DNA of 63,804 nucleotides, the filler included, from Octopus bimaculoides (lineage: Eukaryota), in assembly GCF_001194135.2 (NCBI RefSeq). It is 7 parts of 6 records of this genome, joined end to end, with 100 filler letters (N's around TTAATTAATTAA, not from the genome) between each part and the next. Parts side by side here need not be neighbours in the genome. Positions count along the whole stretch, not along the records: positions 18,105 to 20,770 come from NW_026406859.1; positions 20,871 to 38,923 come from NC_068986.1; 5 more parts are not named here. The stretch is one strand, 5' to 3'. A program made the translations under genes and the position numbers. Below the pieces are notes generated by a model. That model saw nothing but the letters and a program-made list of their open reading frames with translations. It made no database searches and was not told the origin of the DNA. Below, piece by piece: positions 20,225-34,029 of this stretch; position 1 is the first letter of the stretch, and every line of letters begins with the position of its first letter.

Positions 20225-20734
20225 ATTGATAAAGAAGTTCCTGATGTAGATCAATGGAAGTGTACCACAACTGCGGATGACAACAGATAGCCTAAACTGT
20301 GTCGGTGCTATACTCAACATTTAAACACACTAATTGAATTATACTTGTTTGTCCAAATTATTTGTATGTGTGTGTATGCATATTTTGTGTGTGAATAAAT
20401 ATAATTATACAGATAATATATGCATAATGTAGAGAGAGTGGTGGGGTGGTTTGGTCTTGGTCTACAAATATATAATAAAACAATAAATCACTCGGTGTCT
20501 GAGGTCTCGTGGGAAACAGCTCTTGAAAAACAGCGCATTATTCCACGTTATTAATATTTAAATAACAGAACAAGCATATTTATGATAGTTCTTAGACACA
20601 TTAAATTTTGAATTAATATTCTCAAGATAAATATCAGAAAAGTTTAGCATCTACATACTTTCGTACACAATACACACACACTCATACATTTACACATACG
20701 AGAATACAGAAACACATATACTTAAACACACTCA

Positions 20735-20770
<36 letters not shown>

Positions 20771-20870
20771 NNNNNNNNNNNNNNNNNNNNNNNNNNNNNN
20801 NNNNNNNNNNNNNNTTAATTAATTAANNNNNNNNNNNNNNNNNNNNNNNNNNNNNNNNNNNNNNNNNNNN

Positions 20871-20908
<38 letters not shown>

Positions 20909-21962
20909 TATGTGTTTGTGTATGTGTGAGTATTTGTGTGTGCATTCATAAGTCTGTTGCTTTTTCAGTAATCGTCCTAACATCGGAAAGAAGAAACCGA
21001 AATTCTTAAACATCCAACTTCAAATAAATTAAATACTAATCTACTTTTAGTGCTTATTATTTTTATCGAGTACTTACTTGTCGCTTGTATGGACAAATGG
21101 TATCCATTTATCTCTCTTCCCCTCTCCCCACTTCTCTCTCTCTCTCATATACACATTCATTTGTACGTGCTGGTGCGTATGAACGTTCCTATGTGCGAGT
21201 ATGTGTGATTTGAAATTATTGCAGCGAAGATTAATATTGACTCCAGTACTTGAACGGTACTTATTGTAACGACACCGGAAGGACGGAAGACGAATATCCG
21301 AACACGTATGATGTGAAAATAGAAATCGTCTTCAATAGAATTCATGTACCAATATGAGATAAAATGCCCATTATAAGCAAAGAATTAAAATGAAATCTAA
21401 TGTAAATGAAGCCATTAAAACGCAATGAATAATCCAAGTTACGGGGTTTAACTAAATATGACTGCTGTTATTGAAAATAACTTTTAATGTAAATTAAATA
21501 GGTGCATTGTAATCCTTGTGTGATTATGTTTAACTTTATAAAAACGTTGTAGCTCTGCTTGATGTAATGGTTGCTTTCAAGTTTCAATCCGATCCCCCAG
21601 CGAATACGCATTTACTGCATATATCAGATACGACAAAAACGTCAAGTATGGCACCTGAAGAGGACACTTTCGATAAAAACATTCTAATTTAATATGCGTA
21701 AAAGATTTGAAAGATTTAGACTTTGTAAAACGCATATTTAGAGAGATTGTATTATGTTCTTAAATGTAATAGGCGTAGGCATGGCTATGTGGTTAAGAAG
21801 ATTGCTTGGAAACCAGGTGGTTCCCGGTTCGGTTCCACTGTGTGACACGTTAGACAAAAGTCTTCTGTTATAGCCTTGGGCTTTTCAATACCTTGTGGGT
21901 GAAAATGGTAGATGGAATCAGAGTGGAACCGATAGTGTGTGTGTATGTGCATGTGTATGTGC

Positions 21963-21998
<36 letters not shown>

Positions 21999-22280
21999 TG
22001 TATGTATATTTGTGTGTACGTGTGTGCATTTACATGTACGTTTACACTGTATATGCACATGTAAACGCGCACACGTACACACAAATATACATACCATACA
22101 AACACACATGCCCACACGCTCACATGCACGCGCACACACGCGCGCACACACGCGCGCACACACGCACACAAACATACACACATATATTCTGAATCGTCAG
22201 ATTTTTCAATTTGCTAGGCTACTGGTTTAAATTGATATTCAATTTTTCACCCTTATTATTTAAATATATATATACATACA

Positions 22281-22315
<35 letters not shown>

Positions 22316-23180
22316 NNNNNNNNNNNNNNNNNNNNNNNNNNNNNNNNNNNNNNNNNNNNNNNNNNNNNNNNNNNNNNNNNNNNNNNNNNNNNNNNNNNNN
22401 NNNNNNNNNNNNNNNNNNNNNNNNNNNNNNNNNNNNNNNNNNNNNNNNNNNNNNNNNNNNNNNNNNNNNNNNNNNNNNNNNNNNNNNNNNNNNNNNNNNN
22501 NNNNNNNNNNNNNNNNNNNNNNNNNNNNNNNNNNNNNNNNNNNNNNNNNNNNNNNNNNNNNNNNNNNNNNNNNNNNNNNNNNNNNNNNNNNNNNNNNNNN
22601 NNNNNNNNNNNNNNNNNNNNNNNNNNNNNNNNNNNNNNNNNNNNNNNNNNNNNNNNNNNNNNNNNNNNNNNNNNNNNNNNNNNNNNNNNNNNNNNNNNNN
22701 NNNNNNNNNNNNNNNNNNNNNNNNNNNNNNNNNNNNNNNNNNNNNNNNNNNNNNNNNNNNNNNNNNNNNNNNNNNNNNNNNNNNNNNNNNNNNNNNNNNN
22801 NNNNNNNNNNNNNNNNNNNNNNNNNNNNNNNNNNNNNNNNNNNNNNNNNNNNNNNNNNNNNNNNNNNNNNNNNNNNNNNNNNNNNNNNNNNNNNNNNNNN
22901 NNNNNNNNNNNNNNNNNNNNNNNNNNNNNNNNNNNNNNNNNNNNNNNNNNNNNNNNNNNNNNNNNNNNNNNNNNNNNNNNNNNNNNNNNNNNNNNNNNNN
23001 NNNNNNNNNNNNNNNNNNNNNNNNNNNNNNNNNNNNNNNNNNNNNNNNNNNNNNNNNNNNNNNNNNNNNNNNNNNNNNNNNNNNNNNNNNNNNNNNNNNN
23101 NNNNNNNNNNNNNNNNNNNNNNNNNNNNNNNNNNNNNNNNNNNNNNNNNNNNNNNNNNNNNNNNNNNNNNNNNNNNNNNN

Positions 23181-23211
<31 letters not shown>

Positions 23212-23260
23212 AAGAGACAGACAAACAGACAGACAGAGACAGGGGAAGAGAAAGAGAAAC

Positions 23261-23430
23261 GCAGGAGTGGCTGTGTGGTATGTAGCTTGCCTACCAACCA
23301 CATGCTTTCAGGTTCAGTCCCACGGCGTGACACCTTGGGCAAGTGTCTTCTACTCTAGCCTCGGGTGCTGATCAAAGCCTTGTGAGGGCATTTGGTAGAC
23401 GGAAACTGCAAGTAGCCCGTCGTATATAAT

Positions 23431-23486
<56 letters not shown>

Positions 23487-23615
23487 TATGTTTGTCCCCG
23501 TAACTTAGTGGTTCGGCAAAAATGACCGGTAGAATAAGTAGTAGGATTAAAAGAATAAGTCCTGGGGTCGATTTGCTCGACTAATGACTGAAACAAGTAA
23601 AAGAATAAAAAGATT
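23261..23615 (+). mobile_element. Family B SINE
   Basis: GCAGGAGTGGCTGTGTGG head, internal (TA)n(TG)n, AAAAGA tail; similar copies at 24917-25570(+), 35258-35588(-), 40925-41405(-), 51478-51863(-), 53108-53545(-). Confidence 0.88.
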
Positions 23616-24558
23616 ATGTATGTATATATGTATGTATGTATGTATGTATACATTTATATGTCTATCTGTGTATGGCTGTGAGTAAGTTTGCCACCTACCC
23701 ACCACCGCTTGACAACCGGTATAGGTTTGTTTTTGTCTATGCCACTGATCGTTTCGGCAAAATAGACGGGTAGAATATATATACTAGAATCTAAAAAGAA
23801 AATGCAAAGTTCGTCTAAAACTCATCAAGCCGGTACCCCAGCATGGCCGTAGTCCAAAGTCTGCAACAAGTACAAGATACAAAGAAAAAAAGATTCTCTC
23901 AAATATCAGAAAATATCAGAACAGTTTTATTGCAGCCTATAAACTTTAAATTCAACGCCAGACAAAATAGTTTACGTGTTTATTTCAAATGAAAAACAAA
24001 AAATACTACCTCTTTAAACATAGAATTAAAATGTATCATTTGTTTACGTATGGTGTTTACATATTGAGTTAAAAGTTGTGGATAGATAAAGTCTAAATAT
24101 TGTCTTGTGTGAATAAAATATACATTTGTGCAAATTATATTGACAAAAATCAGCAGTTTTTCAATATATTCATCAACGAATATACATGTATATATATATG
24201 TATGTATGTGTATATATATATATATATANNNNNNNNNNNNNNNNNNNNNNNNNNNNNNNNNNNNNNNNNNNNNNNNNNNNNNNNNNNNNNNNNNNNNNNN
24301 NNNNNNNNNNNNNNNNNNNNNNNNNNNNNNNNNNNNNNNNNNNNNNNNNNNNNNNNNNNNNNNNNNNNNNNNNNNNNNNNNNNNNNNNNNNNNNNNNNNN
24401 NNNNNNNNNNNNNNNNNNNNNNNNNNNNNNNNNNNNNNNNNNNNNNNNNNNNNNNNNNNNNNNNNNNNNNNNNNNNNNNNNNNNNNNNNNNNNNNNNNNN
24501 NNNNNNNNNNNNNNNNNNNNNNNNNNNNNNNNNNNNNNNNNNNNNNNNNNNNNNNNNN

Positions 24559-24597
<39 letters not shown>

Positions 24598-24598
24598 G

Positions 24599-24650
<52 letters not shown>

Positions 24651-25801
24651 AATATATATATGCATACATACATACATTTTTTTATGTGATTTCGATGGCG
24701 ACGCGACGTGTGCTGCAAACATTAGTAGACCATTAGTAATCAAACGGATAGTTTTGCAGTTCCGAGCATCAATATTCTTAGTTCAAACTCTGTCACCATC
24801 CCCTGTTATATAAGATGAGTATGGGGCTTTCATTAGAGTCAGTTCAAACGATTACGTTACATTGTTCGTGTAATTTGTGTCTTTTTGCCAGCAATGTTCA
24901 AATTATTTTTTTATAAGCGCAGGAGTGGCTGTGTGGTAAGTAGCCTGCTTACCAACCACATGGTTCCGGGTTCAGTCCCACTGCGTGGCATCTTGGGCAA
25001 GTGTCTTCTACTATAGCCTCGGGCCGACCAAAGCCTTGTGAGTGGATTTGGTAGACGGAAACTGAAAGAAGCCCGTCGTATATATGNNNNNNNNNNNNNN
25101 NNNNNNNNNNNNNNNNNNNNNNNNNNNNNNNNNNNNNNNNNNNNNNNNNNNNNNNNNNNNNNNNNNNNNNNNNNNNNNNNNNNNNNNNNNNNNNNNNNNN
25201 NNNNNNNNNNNNNNNNNNNNNNNNNNNNNNNNNNNNNNNNNNNNNNNNNNNNNNNNNNNNNNNNNNNNNNNNNNNNNNNNNNNNNNNNNNNNNNNNNNNN
25301 NNNNNNNNNNNNNNNNNNNNNNNNNNNNNNNNNNNNNNNNNNNNNNNNNNNNNNNNNNNNNNNNNNNNNNNNNNNNNNNNNNNNNCCCCTAGCATTGCTT
25401 GACAACCGATGCTGGTGTGTTTATGTCCCCGTCACTTAGCGGTTCGTCAAAAGAGACCGATAGAATAAGTACTAGGCTTACAAAGAATAAGTCCCGGGGT
25501 CGACATGCTCGACTAAAGGCGGTGCTCAAGCATGGCCGCAGTCAAATGACTGAAACAAGTAAAAGAGTAATACGATGAGCTGGCAGAATCGTTAGCGCAG
25601 TCGAACAAAATGTTTAGTAGCGTTTCTTCTAACTGTTTATGTCCCGATTTCAAATTCCTCTCGGGTGAACTTTGTCTTTTAACTTATCGGGGCCGATAAA
25701 ATAAGTAGCAGCCAAGTAGTGGCCTTGAGGCAAAATTAGAAAATGATGAGTAGAGATAATGAGTAAATGAAACGATTGGGCGCAGTTGTTTGGACGCTTA
25801 A

Positions 25802-25953
25802 AATTTGGCATGTTTGCGGGAACATCGAGCTCGTTTTAGCGACTGTACTTCTTGGCACTGGCAGCAAACACATGCGAATTTGGAATGGTTGAGGGCACAT
25901 CGAGCCTGTTTTGGCGACTGTACTTCTTGGCACTGGAAGCAAGTACATGCGCA
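25802..25953. repeat. Two-copy 75-bp tandem repeat
   Basis: Units start at 25802 and 25877 and share GCGACTGTACTTCTTGGCACTGG. Confidence 0.9.
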
Positions 25954-26484
25954 TGAGGGAGAGGAAGGGTGAGAGTGAAGAAGGAGAGAGGAACAGATAT
26001 TACAATTTATTGATTAAACCTCTCCTCAGGTAAAGAGAAATGTGCTCACATGTATAAACAGGAAGAGACGAGTATGTTTGCAGCGAATGATAGAAATATT
26101 AAATCGAAAGAAACATTAAAACGTTCATTTTTTAAAGAGCATCATCATGGGATATTGCTATGATATACATGGACGTGCTACCACCAGCCTCGCCAACAGT
26201 CCGACTGGGCAATATGTCTGTGCTGTAAATCCCATCTTTGTGAGGACTAAATTCCTAAAATGCGCCTTGGTATAAAGATAACACTGATAACAAAAACCGT
26301 GAAGCAGTAGCATCACAAATGGTCTCCATTTAGAGCTTAAACAACCCGTGCCTACTCCAATATGAGAACATCGATGTGGTCCTTTATCTTATCAAATATG
26401 GCATTTAGATCTTATATCTCACCTTCTGTCTTTAAATTTTTTTAAAGAAAACAGTAGTATCAATGTATACCTAGATACATCATG

Positions 26485-26868
26485 TGGAGGCGCAATAGCC
26501 CAGTGGTTAGGGCAGCGGACTCGCGGTAGTAGGATCATGGTTTCGATTCCCAGACCGGGCGCTGTGAGTGTTTATTGAGCGAAAACACCTAAAGCTCCAA
26601 AAGGTTCCGGCAGGAGTTGGTAGCGAACCCTGCTGTACTCTTTCCCCACAACTTTCTCTCACTCTTTCTTCCTTTTTCTATTGTATCTGTATTTCAAAGG
26701 GCCAGCCTTGTTACACACTGTACCATGCTGAATCTCCCCGAGAACTACGTTAAGAGTACACATGTCTGTGGAGTGTTCAGCCACTTACGCGTTAATTTTA
26801 CAAGCAGGCTGTTCCGTTAACCGGATCAACTGGAACCCTTGTTGTCGTAACCGACGGAGTGCCACAAA
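26485..26868 (+). mobile_element. Full-length tRNA-derived SINE family C with 10-bp TSD
   Basis: A-box TAGCCCAGTGG, B-box GGTTTCGATTCCC; ATACATCATG at 26475-26484 and 26869-26878. Confidence 0.9.
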
Positions 26869-27287
26869 ATACATCATGGCTGAAGAAAATACGGGATAGC
26901 CATAAGTGGATGACTTTGATCATAGATTTCCTCGATTGGGGATGACCGAGGGTTAAACACACTACTCGAATATCAACAGCAAAAATAGCCAAACTATATA
27001 TACATATAAGTTCTTGCCAAACTACTTTCTTTTCTATTAGCAAACCACACAGCAAATAAACCCATCTGTCACCTACCTACCTACCCTCATCAAAACACAC
27101 CCACACGTCAATGTGTGAAACAAAAATCTTTCCAAGTTTCAAGAAGCCTGAAGAAAGCACTTCCATCCATCAAGAGACAGAGAACTACAGCTTCAAAAAA
27201 TTTCAACAGCTCTAGACTCACGAACATAGATACTGTAGAATATAATACACTCGACACAGCAACTGCAGACGTTTACACACACACACA

Positions 27288-27318
<31 letters not shown>

Positions 27319-27319
27319 G

Positions 27320-27361
<42 letters not shown>

Positions 27362-27807
27362 GAGAGAGAGAGAAAGATACACATAGATATACGTTTATAT
27401 ATATATATATATAAACACACACACACACACATATATATATATGTGTGTGTGTGTGTGGGGGTGTATNNNNNNNNNNNNNNNNNNNNNNNNNNNNNNNNNN
27501 NNNNNNNNNNNNNNNNNNNNNNNNNNNNNNNNNNNNNNNNNNNNNNNNNNNNNNNNNNNNNNNNNNNNNNNNNNNNNNNNNNNNNNNNNNNNNNNNNNNN
27601 NNNNNNNNNNNNNNNNNNNNNNNNNNNNNNNNNNNNNNNNNNNNNNNNNNNNNNNNNNNNNNNNNNNNNNNNNNNNNNNNNNNNNNNNNNNNNNNNNNNN
27701 NNNNNNNNNNNNNNNNNNNNNNNNNNNNNNNNNNNNNNNNNNNNNNNNNNNNNNNNNNNNNNNNNNNNNNNNNNNNNNNNNNNNNNNNNNNNNNNNNNNN
27801 NNNNNNN

Positions 27808-27841
<34 letters not shown>

Positions 27842-27856
27842 GTATATCTATGTGTA

Positions 27857-27894
<38 letters not shown>

Positions 27895-29315
27895 AATACA
27901 CACACACACTTATATAAATATGTGTGCACGCCTTCTGGTGCGTGGGGATTGCGTGTGTGTGCCAGAAGGCAACGGCAAGTATTTAACGCAGAAGAACTGA
28001 AACAGCCAACCTAACAAAAGATAATGGCGGCCCAAAGAACAGCAAGCAGACCACAAACACACAAGGGAAATGAAATGAAATGAAATGCAACATGAAAGAA
28101 CTAAGCAAGGCATTATCAAAGAAAATATTTGCGAAATCATAAACGAAGCTAAAGTTGTTGATTATATCGACCCAGTTTTCCACTGGTATCGACCACGAAG
28201 GATAAAAAGAAAAGTCGACCTCGGCGGAATTTGAACTCACAACGTAAAGACGAACGAAATGCTGTTAAGCTTTGTGCTCGGTGTGCTAACGTTTTTTATT
28301 TCTTTATTGCCCACAAGGGGCTAAACATAGAGGGGACAAACAAAGACTGACAAGGAGATTAAGTCGATTACATCGACCCCAGTGCGTAACTGGTACTTAA
28401 TTTATCGACCCCGAAAGGATGAAAGGCAAAGTCGACCTCGGCGGAATTGGAACTCAGAACGTAACGGCAGACGAAATACCACTAAGCATTTCGCCCGGTG
28501 TGCTAACGTATCCGCCAGCACGCCGCCTTGTGTTATTATTAATGATGATAAGGCGGTGATCNNNNNNNNNNNNNNNNNNNNNNNNNNNNNNNNNNNNNNN
28601 NNNNNNNNNNNNNNNNNNNNNNNNNNNNNNNNNNNNNNNNNNNNNNNNNNNNNNNNNNNNNNNNNNNNNNNNNNNNNNNNNNNNNNNNNNNNNNNNNNNN
28701 NNNNNNNNNNNNNNNNNNNNNNNNNNNNNNNNNNNNNNNNNNNNNNNNNNNNNNNNNNNNNNNNNNNNNNNNNNNNNNNNNNNNNNNNNNNNNNNNNNNN
28801 NNNNNNNNNNNNNNNNNNNNNNNNNNNNNNNNNNNNNNNNNNNNNNNNNNNNNNNNNNNNNNNNNNNNNNNNNNNNNNNNNNNNNNNNNNNNNNNNNNNN
28901 NNNNNNNNNNNNNNNNNNNNNNNNNNNNNNNNNNNNNNNNNNNNNNNNNNNNNNNNNNNNNNNNNNNNNNNNNNNNNNNNNNNNNNNNNNNNNNNNNNNN
29001 NNNNNNNNNNNNNNNNNNNNNNNNNNNNNNNNNNNNNNNNNNNNNNNNNNNNNNNNNNNNNNNNNNNNNNNNNNNNNNNNNNNNNNNNNNNNNNNNNNNN
29101 NNNNNNNNNNNNNNNNNNNNNNNNNNNNNNNNNNNNNNNNNNNNNNNNNNNNNNNNNNNNNNNNNNNNNNNNNNNNNNNNNNNNNNNNNNNNNNNNNNNN
29201 NNNNNNNNNNNNNNNNNNNNNNNNNNNNNNNNNNNNNNNNNNNNNNNNNNNNNNNNNNNNNNNNNNNNNNNNNNNNNNNNNNNNNNNNNNNNNAACTGAA
29301 AGAAGCGCGTCGTAT

Positions 29316-29364
<49 letters not shown>

Positions 29365-30329
29365 AATTTATGTATGTATGTTTGTGTGTGTATATGTTTG
29401 CGTGTCTGTGTTTGTCCACCCAACATCGCTTGACAATCGATGCTGGTGTGTTTATGTCCCCGTAACATTAGCGGTTCGGCAAAAGATTCCGATAGAATAA
29501 GTACTAGGCTTACAAAGAATAAGAGCAGAAATGAATTTTACTTTAAATATTATTTTAACCATGAAACATTATCTTCACATGTGTTTCAACTCTGTTTGGA
29601 GATGTTATTTGGGTCTGTTAGGGAGACAGCTTTGAATTTCGGTACGAATCTTATTTTTCCTACGAGTCCTATTCATTTATCGCTGACTGATTTAACACGG
29701 TTTTACATCATTTCTAACTAAGCCGCCGTGATAAATGAGGATAGATGTATTTGGCACTATTTGTACTTTAGATGGTATAGTTTTTTTTCCTTCTCTTCCT
29801 TTTTTCTTTTTGATTATTTATTTATTGCTGTGTATCATTCTAATGCACTCTTCTATTTATGGAATCAGAAATTGCGCTTAGAGACATGTTACTAAAGTAA
29901 ACAAGAAATGATTTCCATCAAAGTGTATAGAACAAAAGTACGTGCTAATTTTAACAGAACGCCATGATGTGGTGATGGGGTAGGGTGCTTTAGTGGGTTG
30001 GTGGGGGAGGTCGGACAGGAGACGCGTTACGTGGACAGAGTGTCTTACAGTTAATGAGAGATCTTGAAGTTGCCATTGTTAAAGCTGTTGATGTTGTTGC
30101 TGTTGTTGTGTATATATGTGAATGTGCGTAGATGTGTGCTTATTTGGAGGTGTATACATATATGCACATTTATGTGTATGGATGTCTGTAGGCAGGGGGT
30201 TATGTTTGTTCATAGATCAATAGATAGACAAACAAACAGACAGATACGGACAGAGACAGAGAAAGAGAGTAAATAAGTTTATCCGTTTATATATAAATTT
30301 ACGTGTTTGACGGTGTATATACATATATA

Positions 30330-30404
<75 letters not shown>

Positions 30405-31275
30405 ATATTATATGTGCATATATATATATTACATGTATATATATGCATATATATGTATAGGTATATATAGATATTATATATATATACCTATGCGTGTAAT
30501 ATATATATATATATACACACACACACATACATGTATATTACATGTATGTATGTATATATATATGTGTGTGTGTATTTATTCATTATATATATATATATAT
30601 ATATATATACATACACATATATATGTATATATATATATATATATNNNNNNNNNNNNNNNNNNNNNNNNNNNNNNNNNNNNNNNNNNNNNNNNNNNNNNNN
30701 NNNNNNNNNNNNNNNNNNNNNNNNNNNNNNNNNNNNNNNNNNNNNNNNNNNNNNNNNNNNNNNNNNNNNNNNNNNNNNNNNNNNNNNNNNNNNNNNNNNN
30801 NNNNNNNNNNNNNNNNNNNNNNNNNNNNNNNNNNNNNNNNNNNNNNNNNNNNNNNNNNNNNNNNNNNNNNNNNNNNNNNNNNNNNNNNNNNNNNNNNNNN
30901 NNNNNNNNNNNNNNNNNNNNNNNNNNNNNNNNNNNNNNNNNNNNNNNNNNNNNNNNNNNNNNNNNNNNNNNNNNNNNNNNNNNNNNNNNNNNNNNNNNNN
31001 NNNNNNNNNNNNNNNNNNNNNNNNNNNNNNNNNNNNNNNNNNNNNNNNNNNNNNNNNNNNNNNNNNNNNNNNNNNNNNNNNNNNNNNNNNNNNNNNNNNN
31101 NNNNNNNNNNNNNNNNNNNNNNNNNNNNNNNNNNNNNNNNNNNNNNNNNNNNNNNNNNNNNNNNNNNNNNNNNNNNNNNNNNNNNNNNNNNNNNNNNNNN
31201 NNNNNNNNNNNNNNNNNNNNNNNNNNNNNNNNNNNNNNNNNNNNNNNNNNNNNNNNNNNNNNNNNNNNNNNNNNT

Positions 31276-31652
31276 GGCACTCCGTCGCTTACGACGTTGA
31301 GTGTTCCAGTTGATCCGATCAACGGAACAGCCTGATCGTGAAATTAACGTGCAAGTGGCTGAGCACTCTACAGACACGTGTACCCTTAACGTAGTTCTCA
31401 GGGATATTTAGCGTGACACAGTGTGACAAGGCTGACCCTTTGAATTACAGGCACAACAGAAACAGGAAGTAAGAGTGAGAGAAAGTTGTGGTGAAAGAGT
31501 ACAGCATGGTTCGCCACCATCCCATGCCGGAGCCTCATGGAGCTTTAGGTGTTTTCGCTCAATAAACACTCACAGCGCCCGGTCTGGGAATCGAAACCAC
31601 GATCCTACTACCGCGAGTCCGCTGCCCTAATCACTGGGCCATTGCGCCTCCA
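31276..31652 (-). mobile_element. Family C SINE, inverted relative to 26485-26868
   Basis: Reverse complement aligns along its full length; another copy at 61565-61878(+). Confidence 0.9.
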
Positions 31653-32251
31653 CGGTTGATAGATAAATAGATGATAAACAGACAGACAAGTAATATAATG
31701 AGCAGAGACATTTCTATTAATTGAAATCATTTCTTTCATTTTGAGAAAATATTTAAATAAGTAATATGGGTCAAAGTGGAAGCACTTCAAAATTTAATTA
31801 TTTAATCATTAATTAATTAAATATAACACTCAGTAACGAGTGAGTCTGATAGTCTGACGGTGAGAACTTTTTCCTACTTTGGTACACCTCATTAGTGGCA
31901 CGTAGTCTAAAAGCTACTACAAGAATTCACATTAACTGGGGAAACATCGGGTCTCTGAAGAATGAGCATATACCGATGTCATACGTTGGAATATTGACAA
32001 GGAATAAAAACACAGACACGACTGCTTCGAAAAAAACTTAACAGTAAAGTTGACGCTGGTATCCGTGACGTAGAAAACTAAATGAATATAATTAAATCAA
32101 AATCATTAAAATTACATAATTAGTCATAATAACAATCATGATCAAAATTGGTTTTCCTCATTATAGGTTCTATGATTGGCGATAAAAGAAATCTTTAGAA
32201 ATAATACATTTCTATATCTCTCAGAGAGATTTATGCAGTAGTGATACGATG

Positions 32252-32393
32252 AAGTAGTTGTATGCTGTCAACTTAAGGGCACAGGAAATGTGTCAAGGCC
32301 AACAGGAAGCGGTGCAGCTTCCTGGGTCTAACCAACAGTAGTATTATTCCCTTCAGGGGACTGTCACATTAAGTTGACAGCATACAGCTACTT
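32252..32393. mobile_element. MITE-like element with 25-bp terminal inverted repeats
   Basis: AAGTAGTTGTATGCTGTCAACTTAA (32252-32276) vs TTAAGTTGACAGCATACAGCTACTT (32369-32393), 24/25 match. Confidence 0.6.
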
Positions 32394-34029
32394 AAAAGAA
32401 ATCTTCTTTGATTAAATTATTAGAAACGGTGGAGACATTCGGTTTCCCTGTATGTCTCCACTGTCCTGTTGTTGTTCCTAACTTTGACCCGCCATAAATC
32501 CAAAATTTTATTTTAGAATTTATGGGAGCAACTGTCTTTCAAGACTCATATTGTCGTTGATTGCTCGAAATGAGGAGTAGATAGACAGCCGACAACTGAT
32601 GAAGGGTCATTCTTTGTATTACTTGTCCTTTTTTTCTCTCTCACTATTCGCGTATTTCACAAGTTTGTTTTCGTATTTCATGTTGTTTACTGTTGGTGAC
32701 GTCCTGTACCCATATATGCATATATACAGGAGGATCAATTAATTTTGATGTTATTCAACATATTCTCCTTTCAGATTCACACACTTAATGCAGCGGTCGT
32801 TCAGTTTCCTAAGCCCTATTAAAAAAAAAAAAAACTAGGAAGGTTGGACCTCTAGCCAGGCCTTTTGCGATACCCTTAAAGCCAGGAACTTTTCAGCACC
32901 TATTCGTATACAGACACTCAGATACACGCGTATACATAAACAAATGTGCCAATTAATTTACATTCGTATATAAACATATATTGTGTACCACGTACATATA
33001 TATATATACACACATAAGTATGAGTATATATATGTATATATACATACACACACACATATAAATGTATGTGTGTGTATACATATAAACATACGAGCATAGG
33101 TATACGTATACATGTAAATATTTATAGAAATATGTGCGTGTATAAATATATACATACATACATACATATNNNNNNNNNNNNNNNNNNNNNNNNNNNNNNN
33201 NNNNNNNNNNNNNNNNNNNNNNNNNNNNNNNNNNNNNNNNNNNNNNNNNNNNNNNNNNNNATATATATATATATATATATATATACATAAACTTGTTTGT
33301 AGTAGCACGTTTCGATTAATTTTGTCATTTTCGTCTGAAGCATACAATCAGGGAAATGACCCATGCGTAGTTAATTATTTCTAGAATTAATTATTACTAT
33401 TAATTACACCCTTATGTATAGTATGTATGCAGTATCTATGCATGGCTACATGCGTATACAGATGAGTGTGCTTCTCTAAGTGTGAACGCGCATGTGCATG
33501 CGCGTGTGTGTGCGTGTGTCTGCATGCACGCTTGTAGCAAACCTCGTAATAAAGGAACCGAAGGGGAACTGCCAGCAAGAATAAATAACCTTTGTACTCT
33601 ATAGATTTTGTATCACGACCCTGTCACAACTGGGTGACATGTTTAATATTTACATAAGCCATTTGACGAAAGACCTTAACGAGATGTTTGGCACGAATGC
33701 ACTGTTTTGGCAGCGCTATCAATGGCGGGTTTCAAAAGGTTAGGTATATAGTCATGTCTGTGCTTGTATGTCATGTAATACGTGTATGTGTTTCACAAAA
33801 TATCTATATATTAGAATGTTTCTGTATATGTATGCGTGTTATGTGTTCCTATTAGATTGTATATTGAGTTTGGGTGTTTGGATATGTGTGTGTGTGTGTT
33901 TCTGTGTGTATCTATATTTGTTTATGCGTCATCATTGTGCAAGTATACGTGCACGTGTGTGTTTGTGTATATATATATGTGAATGCATGTGTATGCGTAT
34001 GCACATGAAATGTTAGTAAAGATGCCAGA

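Noticed and set aside
20221-20290. Possible terminal exon YIDKEVPDVDQWKCTTTADDNR*
   Set aside because: The apparent acceptor TCTTCAG is the reverse complement of a hammerhead core; better explained as a PLE end
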